A DNA stretch of 63,920 nucleotides, filler included, from Halocafeteria seosinensis (GCA_001687465.1; 4 parts of 4 records of this genome joined end to end with filler, not necessarily neighbours in it), one strand, 5' to 3'; shown: positions 23,916 to 38,031, counted from the first letter of the whole stretch. Numbers and translations: made by a program. Notes: generated by a model not told the origin, from the letters alone.

Positions 23916-25387
23916 TTAGCTCCTTTCAAGGACGATTGCAATACCTTGACCACCACCGATGCAAGCGCTTCCGACTGCGTACTTCTTCTGGGAATTGTCA
24001 TGCAATTGATGAGCAAGGTGACCGGAGATCCGCGCGCCGGACGCTCCAAGAGGATGACCCAACGCAATTGCTCCCCCGTTTACGTTCGTAATTTCTCTGG
24101 GAAGTCCTAGTTCGCGCTCCACAGCAATGTATTGGGCGGCAAAGGCTTCATTCACTTCGAATTGGTCAATCTTGTCTTGGGCAATACCAGACTTCTCCAG
24201 TGCTTGCCGAACGGCAGGGCAGGGACCGATACCCATGATTGTGGGATCTACACCGGCACTGCATTTAGGGAAAGAGGGCGAACGCTTGCAATACGGTTGT
24301 ACTACGTTGAACCATAATACAAAAGAGCACTTGAACTTACATTCCGTATGATACTATCCTTGCCAAGGGGGCCAAGTTGTACTTAGCGCACGCCTCCTCC
24401 GAAGCCACGAGCATTGTAGTTGCTCCGTCACAAATTCCAGAAGCACTACCAGCAGTGACAGTACCTTCTTTCTGGAACACGGAAGGAAGTTTGGTCATTC
24501 CTTCCAACGTGGTGTCTGGGCGCGGGTGTTCGTCGGTATCGAATTGCTCGGTCTTGCCCTTTTTACCCTTGAGTTCCATTGGGGCAATCTCGTTCTTAAA
24601 CACGCCATTCGAGTTTGCAACACCCCATGCTTGTTGACTACGAAGTCCATACTCGTCCGTATCATCCCTAGAGATTTTGTACTGCTTGGCAAGGTTTTCT
24701 GCTGTAATCCCCATGGGAAGTTGCGTGTAGCTGTCAGTTAACGCAGCCCAGAGGGTGTCAGTCATTTTCATGTCCTCGCCCAACTTTGTACCGAATCGGA
24801 CTTTATGTCCGAAAACAGACAATGGTGCCTGAGACATGCTCTCCGTTCCTGCAACTCAAGAAGCACATCCACCCCGCTTCTCGTTCTCTCAGTACCGTGT
24901 ATTGTACTCACCTCCTGCCAGAACGACTTCAGATCCATCCAAGATGATATCCTGGGCAGCATTGATAATAGCCTGGAAGCCACTTCCACACAGGCGGTTG
25001 ACCGTCAATGCAGTAGTATCCTGGTTCATGCCACTTCTCAGCCCCACATGACGGGAGATGTACGCAGCATCATGAGAAGTCTGAGCTACATTCCCGATGA
25101 TGCAGGATTGGATGTTCGCTGGGTCAATCTGCATTCAATGAGTACAAGATCCTCTGGCTCTGAGCTTCATGCGTCAAGAAGTGAGAGCCACATACTCCAG
25201 CATCGGCAATGGTGGCTTGGGCCGAATGGACGGCCAAATCGGTGGCGGAGAACCCTTTTAGTTTGCCTCCAAACGTCCCAAAAGGAGTCCGCTTCGCCTG
25301 TATTCAAACATTTACGAGAAGCAGAATGGAATCAGTGCTTTACCATACTTGACACGGCGCTGTGCACCACGCAATTCATGAGCATGG
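23916..25387 (-). CDS. ACAA2: 3-ketoacyl-CoA thiolase (mitochondrial ACAA2-like), multi-exon
   Basis: [50 protein letters not shown]. Start approximate. Confidence 0.9.
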
Positions 25388-25770
25388 GAACCAGACGTAC
25401 CGCCACCAAGTAAATCCCTCTCTGAAGCGACATTGTATGTGTATGATACAAACACCCGAATGCAAAGCGACAGCCTTAAAGAAAGCGGATAGGTCTGATT
25501 TAACAAATGTAGGGCACTGAAAGTCAATACTTCCTCACACATAATAATTGTGGAGTTCCCGTAGATTGGTTTTTTGCGCCACTATTCCCGCCGAACTACC
25601 TAAAAAGCGAAGCTACCTTAAACTACCAACGGATACCACAAGGGCATGATATTCTACTCCGATAATAGTTTTTGTATCAAAAACAATAAAAAGTATAAAT
25701 CGGAAAGAATATATGCAAAACTACGACAGGAAGAGGCAACAATATCTAATAGCTGAGGTTGCAGCCCGCT

Positions 25771-27695
25771 TTACTCCTGGTTCCAAGGAGACTGGTTCAG
25801 GAAGGTCTTGAGCATAGCCAAGGCAGCTTGAGGTTGATCTTGAGGCACCATCTGCATCATTGAATTACTCGCATAACTCAGTAACCAAGAACAAATCAAC
25901 GTTCATGAGAGCTGATACTTACATGGCCGGCATTGAACACGCGCAAGAATGTGAATCCGTTGGCAGTTCTTACTTCCCCAGCTTGCTGGCCTTTCACATT
26001 CCAGGCATTATCCGCTGTGTAATTAGAAAGCAGTAGAAGGGATCACCGTTGAAGAGAGCATTCTTTTGAGGGTAGAGAAAGGGGTAATCTAAACTTACCA
26101 GCTTCATTGAATGCTTGCTTTCCGGACCACTTTAGATCAAGCGCCCACGCTTTGTTGCCCAGCCAGTTGCAGATGAAATCGACGTCACCGGCGTAGATTA
26201 GGACAGGGATATTGTTTTCCAACAAGGGGACAACATCTTGCTGATACTGCTTCATCCAGTCCTTAGTGAAGTCACCATTGACTTGAAAGTTGCAAACTGA
26301 CCACTTGTGCCCTGTAACACCGAGCATGTCAGTGACGGTCTTGTTGGTCAAGAAGGTTGTGACGGAGCTCATGTCATAGCAAAGAGGTCGGTAGTTGCAC
26401 ATTTTGCGAATGTCGTACGGATTTCGACCGGTCTCTTCATACGGATTTACCATGACCTTGCCACAGTAAGACTGTGCCTTGGGGCATTCGTCGGTATCCG
26501 TTTGACAGTTGGCGATCATCTTGCGGCACTGTGGCCAAGATGACACCATGCTGTTGTACGTGCTCTCACTAACGATAGGTTGGCCAATCTTGGAAATACT
26601 GTAGTTGTATGCCAACTGGGGATAGTACTGGTACTGCACCAATGGGTTTGTAAGCCCATTGCCTACCGCCACTCCTGTAAGGCGGATGTGATGGCCTTCT
26701 CCGCGTTTGTTCCCTTCGTACACTCTGTGGCTTGTAGCCTGCATTGCATTTACCATGAAGCACACATTGTCAGCAAGATCATTGTATCCGACGCTTGTTG
26801 CGAAAGAGTAGCTTACCGGAACATAATGCCCGCCATAGCTCTCACCAATAATAAAGAGGTCATTCTTCAACAGGCTAGGATGCTTATCATAAAATGCTTG
26901 AAAGAATTTGTACATGTCTTCAGCGACTTGCGTCTCGTTGTGGTCATATCCGCTTTTATCACTGTAGCTGAAGCCGGTACCAGCTGGTTGGTCGATGTAC
27001 ACAATGTTCGCTTGTGCATTCCATCCATATGGATTCTCTTTAGTGTCGCTTCCATCATCAGTCACTTTACAGGGACCGTTCTCTGAGGGAAAATGCAAGT
27101 GAATGAATAGCACTTGATTTGATAATTCCCGTTCAATCCATGTGGGGTACTCACCTTTGAGAACAGCCAATTCCGACGAGCAGCCAGGGCCTCCAGTCAT
27201 CCATAGAATAAGTGGATCGGAGGAAGGGTTGCTTCTAGAAGCGAAGAACCAGTAAAAGTAGTGCTTATTGGTCTCCTCACTAATGTCAGCGTAACCTGGA
27301 GATGGAACGAATATCAACCAGTGAGCGCGCGAGTTCCAGCATAGGAAATCTACTCTAGAGAGCACCAACGCAGTAGCCTACTGATACCTCGTTTACAATA
27401 GTGACAAAGGGAAGAATCGTTTCAGCGCATTATGCAGCGCACAGCCTGACGTGTGTGCCCATTTCCCGGCTTCGGAACACCCTAGGGACGGACACCGCCG
27501 AGTTCTACACACAGCCCAGTAGCATGTGCTTTAGTATACCAAGACAACCAGTGCCAGTAACCCACCTGAGAAGCTGTTAGTAGATCCACAGAGTCCGGTC
27601 ACATCGTTCTCGCGCAATTCTACGGTAGCCGAAGCCATGGACGCCATCAGCGTCATGGCGCCCATAAGCACCGTGGAGGCTTGAAATGTCCGCAT
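25771..27695 (-). CDS. Serine carboxypeptidase (S10, CPY-like)
   Basis: Signal peptide; WMTGGPGCSS, DQPAGTGFSY, GESYGGHY, YAGDVDFICNW, AGH/MVP. Confidence 0.93.
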
Positions 27696-27855
27696 AATCA
27701 AGTGTTTGGTTGTTTTTTTTTTTTTAATTCCAAAAAGAAGAAACGAAAGGATGAGAAATTGAGCTCCAGTGTTGATCAAACTAGATCCTCAGAAACAACA
27801 CAATTTCGCCGCAATATACTCTTCCACCCAAGGAGACATGCGCATTACCCCAGAA

Positions 27856-28758
27856 CAGAGCTGGGATATTTCCTTTTCCGCACTTTGCCCCCGATGTTTT
27901 GCGGGGGCGCACCACTGGAAAAAGCGCCCGTGCCCCCGATATTTCAAAATTTGCCAGTTTTGTGAAGGGAGAATGTGGACCCATTATTATGCATATTAAA
28001 GGGAAATTAAAAGACACCCAAGCATATCAAATTGCATTATCATCGTTAAAATTTCTTTCTGTATGGTTTTTTTGCCCTTTATCTCTGATAAGGACACAAT
28101 GGACAGCCGTGAACGTACCGAGATCGCCACTCAACCCGAGGTGGACATTCAAACTCAGGGCGATAACATACAAACTGATGAAAATATTGTTTTCCTCGAC
28201 GCATCATCCAGTACAGTATTTTATACTCTATATGTACGTACTAATGGCGTTCTACAAAATGGAAACTATATTCGCGTACGCAGGCCCGAGTGCAACAGCC
28301 GAGTCGGGGAAGAAGAAGAAGAGGGCTCGCAAACGCACGCTGCCTCTCCATGTCGAGAAGGTAAAAGAGCTGCAATTAAAATTCCCATGGATTTATGTAA
28401 ATAGACAGTCACAGGAATCCTTGTGGCGTCAAATTAAAGTCACTTGTCGACCTTGTAACGCCATTCTCAGTGCCAAAGACGACTGCGATTTAGCGAGACA
28501 CGCCAAAGGGTCTAAACACTGCAAGCTGGCTGGGGTAAGTTTGGCGTCACTGATGCAACAATGATGTCGCCAACAGTATATGAACTATAATTTACCGTAA
28601 GACATTGTTATGGTGCAGACTGATTCCCAGAAAGCCGTGGGAGAGAAGCGGACGATCAGCTCCTATTTCGAGGATGAGGACAAAGCCATATCGGCTTTGA
28701 TATCGGGTAAGCTCACTACAGCCGGACTCTGTCCGAATGTTATCGAGCGAGTTGCAAA
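27856..28758 (+). mobile_element. hAT-like DNA transposon left end with a spliced Zn-finger N-terminal exon set; truncated by the gap
   Basis: Terminus CAGAGCTGGG shared with 1-298; subterminal GCCCCCG repeats. ATG 28099 (MDSRERTE), intron, then KKKKRARKR and CRPC...HAKGSKH. No catalytic domain is visible. Confidence 0.65.
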
Positions 28759-28858
28759 NNNNNNNNNNNNNNNNNNNNNNNNNNNNNNNNNNNNNNNNNN
28801 NNTTAATTAATTAANNNNNNNNNNNNNNNNNNNNNNNNNNNNNNNNNNNNNNNNNNNN
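28759..28858. other. Artificial contig spacer
   Basis: N run with TTAATTAATTAA. Confidence 0.97.
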
Positions 28859-29010
28859 CCTTCTATCTATGGGGCATGAAGTGCATCCCATGAGCTTCTC
28901 AGCTCGTTCATACTGCTATATTGAGGTGCTGACGGATCCTATGACAAGTCGTCATATCTTTTTTATTTTTGTCAGCAATATAGATACTTGTCACGTTCTA
29001 CTCTATAATC

Positions 29011-29130
29011 GTCAGCGGCCATACTACGTAGAGTACACCGGACTCCCATCAGAACTCCGTTAGTTAAGCTGCGTTAGGCCTGGTCAGTACTGAGGTGGGG
29101 GACCACTCGGGAAGCCCAGGTGCTGCTGAC
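29011..29130 (+). rRNA. 5S rRNA
   Basis: GTCAGCGGCCATAC...CCCATCAGAACTCCG..AGTTAAGC...AGTACTGAGGTGGGGGACCACTCGGGAA...GTGCTGCTGAC, 120 nt. The ends pair (GTCAGC/GCTGAC) and oligo-T Pol III terminators follow. Confidence 0.95.
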
Positions 29131-29670
29131 TTCTTTGTTTTTTCTTTTTTTTTTCTTTCAAGAAACTTGTTGCTTTCATAGTCCTCTACTGGGAAGCAAG
29201 ATGCTTGTAATGGCGGGCTAGGCACTGAAGCAAGGGAGAACAATAGATGTTAGGCTGTGTCAGTCTCAGAGTTACTTCACAAATACCGTATGGTGCATAG
29301 AGTGAATCCCATATTGCCCACGTTTAGAAAGAGTTTACTTATTTCCTCCCGCATAGGTGCATAATGCTATGTATAGGCCGGACTGAAGGCTTTCGGTCAT
29401 CAAAGTACACCGAAAATACGTATCCTTCTTGTGAAGGTGCTGCGTCAATGACGTAATACCCAGCATTAACAGCCACTTTCTCGCCATTGCGGGCTCTTGG
29501 CTACTCGTTTGTTTGTCTAGTATCTTAACCGTACCAAACTGTGTGTACCTAGCATCATCTACAGCTGGTAGAGTTGGTCTGCGTGCAATTCCGAGGCATA
29601 ATGGGCGATTCACCCACAATTTCGATTACCTCTTTCCAATACGAAAACGATGCAGGCCATTCTCTGATAA

Positions 29671-31686
29671 ATGGGAGTCCCGATTGGTATGTTCCCCGCT
29701 AGGAATTTAGTTGCTTACTGTCAAAGTTGCTCAGCGCGGCGTTTTGAGTCTAACTTAACATGCTTATTCCTTGATTCATGTTGCAGTCGTACGCGGAGCT
29801 CCTTAGGTTCCTCTCCCAAATACAATAGACTTGATTCAATAAATGGAGAGGAGGACGAAGTCGACTCAGCGGAAAAAGGTAGGCAACCAGCCGTCAAGAA
29901 TTGCCGTTGTTGACGCGGAACAGTCAACGGGAGTCATCACCTTGGCATACAGGCGCAAGCTTCTCACAGAGTACATTTAACGCCATCAATGTGCTTGTGG
30001 GAATAGGAATGCTTTCTTATCCGGTGGCCTTAAAAAGTTCGGGATGGGTACGTGATACACCGACGAGGCATTGATTGTCAATTCTACTTGTATTCATACC
30101 ACGTCTTCGAATGATACAGATCGGGGTTGGTATCATGCTTCTGTTTGCACTAATAACGAGGTATACGGCCTTGATCCTCGGCCGTTCTATGGATGTATTT
30201 CCGGAGTGTAGAAGTTTCTCTGATTTGGGGAAGAAAGCGTTCGGCGAGGTAGGACGAGTGTTAATAACTGGTATGATCGATTGATTGAATGAAGTTCCCA
30301 ACTAACGGGAGAACATAGATATTCCATGTGAAAATACAGTGGTATTCTTTCTGGAACTGATGCTGGCCGCTTGCGCTTCTTATTTGGTACGTAGATCGGG
30401 AGTTTGTATGCGCGCTAATGCCACTTGCACGGACTTTGCACACATTGACAGATCGTATTTGCAACAAATCTCGAAAGCATGTTTGAATCGAAGCCCATGT
30501 GGTTTTTCGCTTTGATAGGTGCTTTGACGGTACTGCCAACCACATGGATTAAGGATATGTCAAGGATGTCATACCTTTCCATATTAGGCATCCTATCTTC
30601 TATCTCACTGATTTTCATAATAATCTATACGGGCGTTGCGCATCCAAACGGGGAGAGTTTTGTCCATGGAGGAACAACGAAAATCGTCGTGCCTAAATCC
30701 ATTCCCTTCTCGATAGGCGTCTTTATGATTGGATTTGGTGGACATGCCGTTTTCCCTGTCATTTATGACTCTATGAAGAACAAGAAGGAGTACCCGAAAG
30801 TTCTGAACTGGACTTATACAGTTACGATGCTTTGCTACGGAGCGGTCGCAGTAGTACGTATAAATTATCTCATCGGAAACTGATTTCAAGTATAGAACAA
30901 TGACGACTTTACAGGGAGGGTATTTGCTGTATGGTGAAGATACAGACTCAGAGATTACGTTGAATCTTCCTGCTGGACCAGGTAAGAAGGAGCATTGACT
31001 TGCTTAATTACAGGTTTTGGTTTAAGTTCCTTTTTCCCACCGTCTACAGTTACTGACACGTGCAAGATTGTGATTGTCCTAAATGCTGTTTGCAAGTTCG
31101 CTATCAGCTTATCACCCGTTGGCCAAGTCTCGGAAGACATGATACAAGGTATCCTTGGTATCATCAGAAAACGGCGAGTGGAACGCGAGATGCTGCAAGG
31201 CAAACGGATTCCAAACGTAGATTCTTCGGATTCCCTCTTGGATCAGGTTGAAAAACGGATCGCCGGTGAAAATTGGGAAGTAGATGATTCTACGGAATCA
31301 GAATCTGGACGTCAAGAGACCAATGCATGGTCAGAAGAAACGAAAATTTACTTGCGGGGAGTACTAACACGTACTCTGTTGACGGGCGTCGTATTGCTGA
31401 TTGCGATTTACTTAGTAAGTACTTATGGGAAAACGTTCGCACGTTACAAAATACAACCAGCATGAGACGATTGCAGCCTTACTTCAGCAGGATCATGGCT
31501 TTTTCTGGAGCCTTGCTAAGCTTCAGTGTGTCGGTCATCTTTCCTCCGCTAGCGTATATCCGTCTGATGAAGCTGGCGAATATAGAAATTAGCGCTACTT
31601 CATTGTGCTGGAACTGGGCGCTCGGAATATTCGGCATCGTGTGTGCTTTGGTCGGCACCGTCGCCGCTTTCGTAGGGAAGTTTTGA
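29671..31686 (+). CDS. Amino acid transporter (AAAP, AVT1-like), multi-exon; start uncertain
   Basis: SFSQSTFNAINVLVGIGMLSYP, SFSDLGKKAFG, FGGHAVFPVIY, multiple TM helices. Confidence 0.88.
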
Positions 31687-31722
31687 ATTACGTTCCGACT
31701 AAGAAGGGCACCCTCGCGGGCT

Positions 31723-33953
31723 TTAGTTCTTCATCTGGGTACAGAAATCGGCCCCATCTCCGCTGCATGAAATGAAGGGGGAACTATGGAATGCAATGAT
31801 TTTGCCGCCTCTGTACGGAGGGTTATATGCTTGCAACCGGCGTGACCAAGCCATCTTAGCTGGAGCCGATGAGGGTGCAAATTTAGGATGAAACCAGTTA
31901 TAGTTTGGCACGGCGTACTGTAGGGAGGTTTGGATCTCGCTAGTTTCCGGATTCCCGAGAGCGTCCCAGTCATCGGTGTTGACTAAAGTGTCGACCAATG
32001 CTGCATTCGCCGAAGATGCATACACATTCTCACATGGAGTGTTCTTTGTCCTTAACGAAGGATGGGTGGCGTGAATCCTGTTAAGCCAGCTCAAAAAGAA
32101 GTGGTTGAAAAACGGCAACACGTAGCTGTGTATGATCCGCGTATGGTGGTTATAGTAGAGCTGCAAGTTACGAAGTCGCAAAATATAGGAAGTGGCAGAA
32201 ATTGTCGGTAACGGCGCATGCAAGGAGCTTACCTTAACTGACGGATTCATTAAGATGCGAGTAGCTCCGATGGCCCACAAATCTTTGCAAACTATCTGAC
32301 ATTCGGAAGCAGCACATAATCCAAAAGTATACTTCAGCAGCCGCGTATCAGCGGTTATTTTCTTCATTTGTTCGACGATGTCTTCGTCTTGGAGAGCGGG
32401 GTTAGGAGAACGATATTCCTGAGGCCTTGCCGGTCTGAACATGATTTCGTTCTTTATCAGCGATTCAGCATGCATTGCAGCTGCGCCGTTCCAACAAGAG
32501 TAAACTGGGAATGCGCTAGTCGCACGTAAGAGTTTCTGAGTGGTAGGTTCCCGCACGTAAGGGTACCATGCAGAGAACGTGTACCCTTTGATATCTCTGG
32601 CTACCCACCTGAAGTACGTCGCGATTGAGACAAGACAAAGTAAACAGGGGAGGAAGGTTTATCCATCAAAAAAGTCTTACGCGTCGTAAAATTTAAATTC
32701 TTCAAAATCCATCCCGCAAGCCATGTCGTAGTAGTCGGGTCCGTTGTTCGTATTCACTAAAGATAGGATATCTTGAGACTGCACAACCAAGGTAGATGTC
32801 TTTTTGTCGAAGAACTGACAATGAATATAGGTCCTTGCGGAAGACTTACATATAGGAGAATATCATTGATGAATAGGATCACAATGGGATTTCGGAGTCC
32901 AAGATTTCGTTCGTATCTAGAAGGATTCCATAAGGAGTCCGAGTTTAGCTGACTCATAGTGGTCACCTTTAGAAATGCTTTGAGTTCCAGTGATAGAGAC
33001 TTCAGGTATGTTGGCTCGGAGCCTTCACTTTCCTGAGCTGCTTCATTCTGGAGAGTCGAAAAATAGTGTTGAATTTTCAAAGACAACGAATTGCTAAACA
33101 GCTGTCGATCATCGAGGCCATGGCGCCTCAGACTCTGGACAAGGTATAAAGGACGCAGAGCCATATTCCTGAAGATCGAGAGAATCGGAATTCTAATACT
33201 TGTCGGAGATTGCTTTAAACTCTTTGAAGAACCACTACATGTGCTGCCAATAGCGAAGCAAAATTTCCACCATGGAATCCGAACTGTCATAATTTCATGT
33301 TTAACCTTCATTTTGGACAGGATTTGACGCAGTTCATCCAAGTGCTGAGGGGTGGAATCAGTGCTACCTGCAAGAACGTCTGTCATCTAAAGAATTTTTT
33401 CCAGTGTTTTTCTTTAAAGAGTCTTACCACTTTCAAAAATCGATACATATACGTTATCTGTCCCTAGCATCTCGATCGTTCGCACCAACTGCTCGGTGAA
33501 TTGCGGGAATAACTCTTCGTTGTTGAACAGGTTCTGAGCAATAAAGTAGGAATACCGAGAAGCACTGGCTGACAACCTATACGAATTATGTCCGTTGAAA
33601 TACTTTGGAAGTATCTTGTACGCTTCCGCTACTTGGTACAGTAGGAAGATAAGTCCAAGTGTCCATACTGTTAAGCGAACAACACGCGGATGTGAAGCTT
33701 GTGAGCGGTCAGTGTCGTCGTCTACTGGCTTCATAGGACCCTTTGAAGCATGACTCTCAGTTGAGGATTCCTCTTCGGGTGAAGGGAGAGATTCTTCGGA
33801 ATTCTCGGGTATCGTTGGTTTAGCTGTATCGGAGGCCTGTGAAGCCTGGGATCCTGCTTCGTGCGACGCGGCAAACGACGTCCACAATGGCCGACGTCGA
33901 CCAACACCCACGGCGTGCATATTTGCACCAGAAAGGGCACCCGATGACAGCAT
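31723..33953 (-). CDS. CAP59/GT69 family alpha-1,3-mannosyltransferase-like, type II membrane
   Basis: TM anchor; YFIAQNLFNNE, VSIFES/GSTDST, FRNMALRPL, LFINDI, ACGMDF, WVARDIKG, VYSCWNG, ASEC. Confidence 0.85.
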
Positions 33954-34472
33954 TTACGTCATCAGGGCATGTTCAATTCCTCGTCACTTGCACGAAAGAA
34001 AGGGACGCCCACCATTAACCGTGTCGCACATGTTCCCCTGATTCATTTAAATATTTTTTTTTCCAGCGCGATACGTGAACGTTTCTCGCCCCATGGACGA
34101 GATATAAAGTATACACTTGCAAACCCTAGTGTATACGCATACTATGTTACACTGAAAACCTCGAGTTCGCACCAATTGCGGCCCTCGGCTCTGGATTGGT
34201 TTCAGCCAAAGTAGACGAAAAGATTGTCCTGTTTTCAGCCCCAGTTATGTCAGTATCTTGTGCTCCTCTATTCGCGTCCATTGCTGTGTGATAATCTAAT
34301 GTCTGCCGCCGATCCTTTGTATTCACCGTCTGGCAATCGGATCTGGGCCTTGCGCCGCGTGTTGGGTGCATAGGAGGCACGAAAGAAAGGGGAAAAGACG
34401 CCTGAGATAGCGCCTTTTCTCCCCTCCCGCGAGAGAACTATATCATGCCATTGTAGGCATTTAAGCAGTGTA

Positions 34473-37400
34473 ATGATTCCATCGACGCGTGCAAATACTG
34501 CCGATAGTAGTATTCAACAGTGCAAACAACTGGAGCATGCGGCTATAATGCCTCATACACGCGCAGCTTACGCGGGAAAGGAGGTAGAAGAGGAAAGTAA
34601 AGGGTCTTTTGGAGCTGTACATGGCTCAGATGCTCCGAATACCTCCTCTACGGGGTTCGGGGCAGTATCCTCCAATGGCGCAGATGCTCATCACACCGTC
34701 GGATCGAACTCCAGTGACAGAGATGTGGGCAGCACAGGAGGAGGGGGCCCATTTCAACCTTCAGGGCCACCACTGGCTCCTTCCATGGGGATGCTCCAGG
34801 ACACGATTTCGTCGATGCGCGGCGCTCGTGAAGAAATCCAAACCGTCAACAACAATTCGGCAGAAATGACACAGAACCTGTTTGACCCGTATCCGGTCTC
34901 CACGACTTGTATGGATGACCTACGGCAACTGGTCCTGGCGGGATCACGGGTTGGAGGTTCCACGTCCAAAGACTGCTATGGTCATGGGAGTAGTCTGAAT
35001 GAATTTGAACAGCAAATTGCTCGGTTAGTAGGACATGAAGCAGGAGTGTAAGTGTGCTACTCGTAGTACTAACTTGGATTCGCACTTTACATGTTTGTGT
35101 CCTCCTGAGCGCAGATTTTGTTTGGATGAACTCCAATGCCAGCTCATGGCGGCAAGGATACATTCAGACGCTTTAGGTAATTCAAAAAGAATTGGATTAC
35201 ATCCTGCATCTTATTTCAGAATCCACTCATTAGATGCTGCTGAAAACATATGGGGATTCGAGGAGGTACTCATTGGCAACGCTAATCGAGCATTGTCAGC
35301 GAACGATGTGCTTCAACATTTATCGGAGTCAGAATTTCCATTATCTTGTATCATTGTCGAAATTCCTCAGGTATGAATAGCATCAGGGATTAGATGCATA
35401 TGTTGTTCAAGTTGTATATGTATTTTTCCGTCCTGCAGAGGGAAAATGGATGTGTCACGATACCATGGGATGATCTAACAAAGATTAGCTCTCGTTGCCG
35501 AGAGAAAGGCATACCTCTGCACTTAGACGGCGCGAGGCTCTGGGAGGCTCAACCTCATTATCATAGAGCCCTTCAAGAAATAGGCTGCCTTTTCGACAGC
35601 GTTTCGATTTCTTTCCACGAGTCGGTTAATGCTATTGGGGGTGCAATGCTCCTCGGAAGTCGCAAATTTGTTCAACAGGCCAACATATGGAAACGGCGTT
35701 TAGGTGGCTGTGTCCCAACTTTGCTTCCGTACGAAATAAGCGCTAGGAGTCAGCTAGAACGCAATTATGGGACGTTTGAGGGCCGCTATGAAAAAATGAA
35801 GAAGGTGGTATCGACAATGACCCACTACTTCGTGCTTACAGGGTGGCCTATGCGATTTGACCCGCCCGAGCCACATTCGTGCACTGTTCATGTATACTTA
35901 CTTGGGAAAAGGAAGTACCTTGAAGAGGCGAAGAAGGCTGTGCTGCGAGAGCACAATATTTTACTTTTCCGATCCTTAAAAAAAGTTCCAGCTTATAAAC
36001 TGAGTGAATTGGATGTTCCGGCTCATCATCCCGGAGATGCTCTTCGGAGTGAGACTCCCTCAGGACTCACAGGCAATGAGCAGACGGCGTTTCCTCAATA
36101 CTCCCATCAGCATGCTGATCAGAATCAGTACCTACGGAAGCAGAATTCTGGCTGGGAAGGGTCTTACATGCCAGCACCCGGCCATTACCAACACTCCCAG
36201 TATCCTCAAGGAATGATGAGACAGTCAACCAATTACTACCCTTACGGAGGGACTCCGAATCCTTGGCAGGAGCACTTGCAACACAGCGCAGAAGGTCAAT
36301 ACGGTGAATGTGATCCTAGCCAACGAACTTCAAGGGGTATAGATAGTTCATGCGTGCCAATTGAAGCTAAACCGGTTGCTACAGGGATGTTGAGCATGCG
36401 CGCCCACGACCTGTCCAACGCAAGTTCAATCCCGCGCAATGAGGCTAGTGATACCCTCGCGTCGGCGGCCCAGACTGGAACTGTACCAGCATACGTTGCT
36501 TCCCCTCGAATTCCCTACAGGATGAACAGCAATGAGAACGATTATATGGAGCCAGCTAAACGGGGGAATAGTCCTGAGAGCTTAAGGGTGTCGGAATGCT
36601 CCAAAGGCTCTGGGAAGAACAAAGGACGACCGATGATGAGGACGAAGCAGCAAGACAATGACGAGTCAATCGAGCAGGTACTACATAGACAAAATCAGCT
36701 GTATGATTTTTATCCGGAGCAGCTGAAGTCTGATCCCTCAGTGGGCCAGTTGTCCGGCGATGAACTAAGTACGCTGTGTTGATTGTGCTGGTCATTCTGT
36801 AGCCTTAACCAATTTATTGAATTCTCGTTGCAGACCAAATTAAGCCAAGTCGCTTTGAATACTATTTTGAATGGACAATGGGTAAGCACACTGTGAGCGT
36901 GCCCCATTTACTGTGTTTACGTTGACCGCTTCTTACTGCCTTCTTACAGGTGGTGCCAATGTGCCTTTGCACGAAAACTGGTTTATTTTCGGTTGGCAGC
37001 AGTATTGGAAATATTATATGGAATTAGTTAACAAAGATTACGGCAAGCGAGAAAGGTATTACAGCAACTATAGTCGAGAAACATCCTCATTGGAAACGGC
37101 ACGTGAGTATCCTCCAAACGCTATGGGCGGTTGGCAGCCGCTGCAATGGCAAGGCAGTGGGGAAGGCGACCACGAGAATGTAAAACATGAGGAACCGGAA
37201 GGTGCCATGGTGCCCGGTCCTACGAGCTCTGTGTCGGCGTCATGCGGCGAACGCTTTCAAAGGAATGCTGCTGAGAGACCGAATGCAAACAACGGTAATC
37301 TGCCTCCTGCAATCCCGAGAGGACCGTCGTACGAAAACCTCCAAGAAAAAACTGGGACTGCCCCCATGCCACCAAATGTTCCACTACGTATTCAGACTTC

Positions 37401-38031
37401 CCATGCGTTGCCCGTTGAAGCCGTACATCCAAGTCACGGCTCGGCATCCCCTGGGACACCCCTTCTGAATACTTCCGAGCAGAAGTCGAGGCAAATAATG
37501 GAACAACCGTCGTTCCCAATGGAACAGTGGGGAGACCAATCCTATGGGGGAGGCATATCTGGCGCTAGGAGAGTACATGAACATTTGTATGTTCCTCCCT
37601 CTAGCCGACGCAGCACCGACCACATGAACTACGGAATCCCCCCAGACGAAGCGAGGTTTGGGCTTTACGCAAGTCCACGACAGTCACTACAGCCCTCGCA
37701 ACAGCAAGCTGTCAACTACTCTGCGCAAAGTGGAGGGATACCTTCTGGTGCTGTTCAAACTACTCCGGCTGCTAAAGAGTATTCTCACTCGGGCGTGGAG
37801 ACCTCAGCCTATCCCCAGGAGGCAGTGACGTCCTATGTTACTTCTAATGTACCTAAGACTAGAGCGCAGGCGCAAAAACGCGGTGCAACCAGTCAACAAC
37901 AAAGTACTGAACAACAGAACAGCGAAAGCGATGAGCATTCCGCTCCGCAGACAAGAAAGAGAGCAGCCTCCTCTCGGGGAAGACGATCACAAAGCAAGAC
38001 AGCTAAGAGAGCTAAGAAGACTTCTGGCTAG
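34473..38031 (+). CDS. Threonine aldolase-like PLP-fold protein with a long low-complexity extension
   Basis: DCYGHG...FEQQIARLVG, EIPQ/RENG, LHLDGARLWE, WKRRLGG. The PLP-lysine position reads SFHES. Several introns. Confidence 0.75.
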
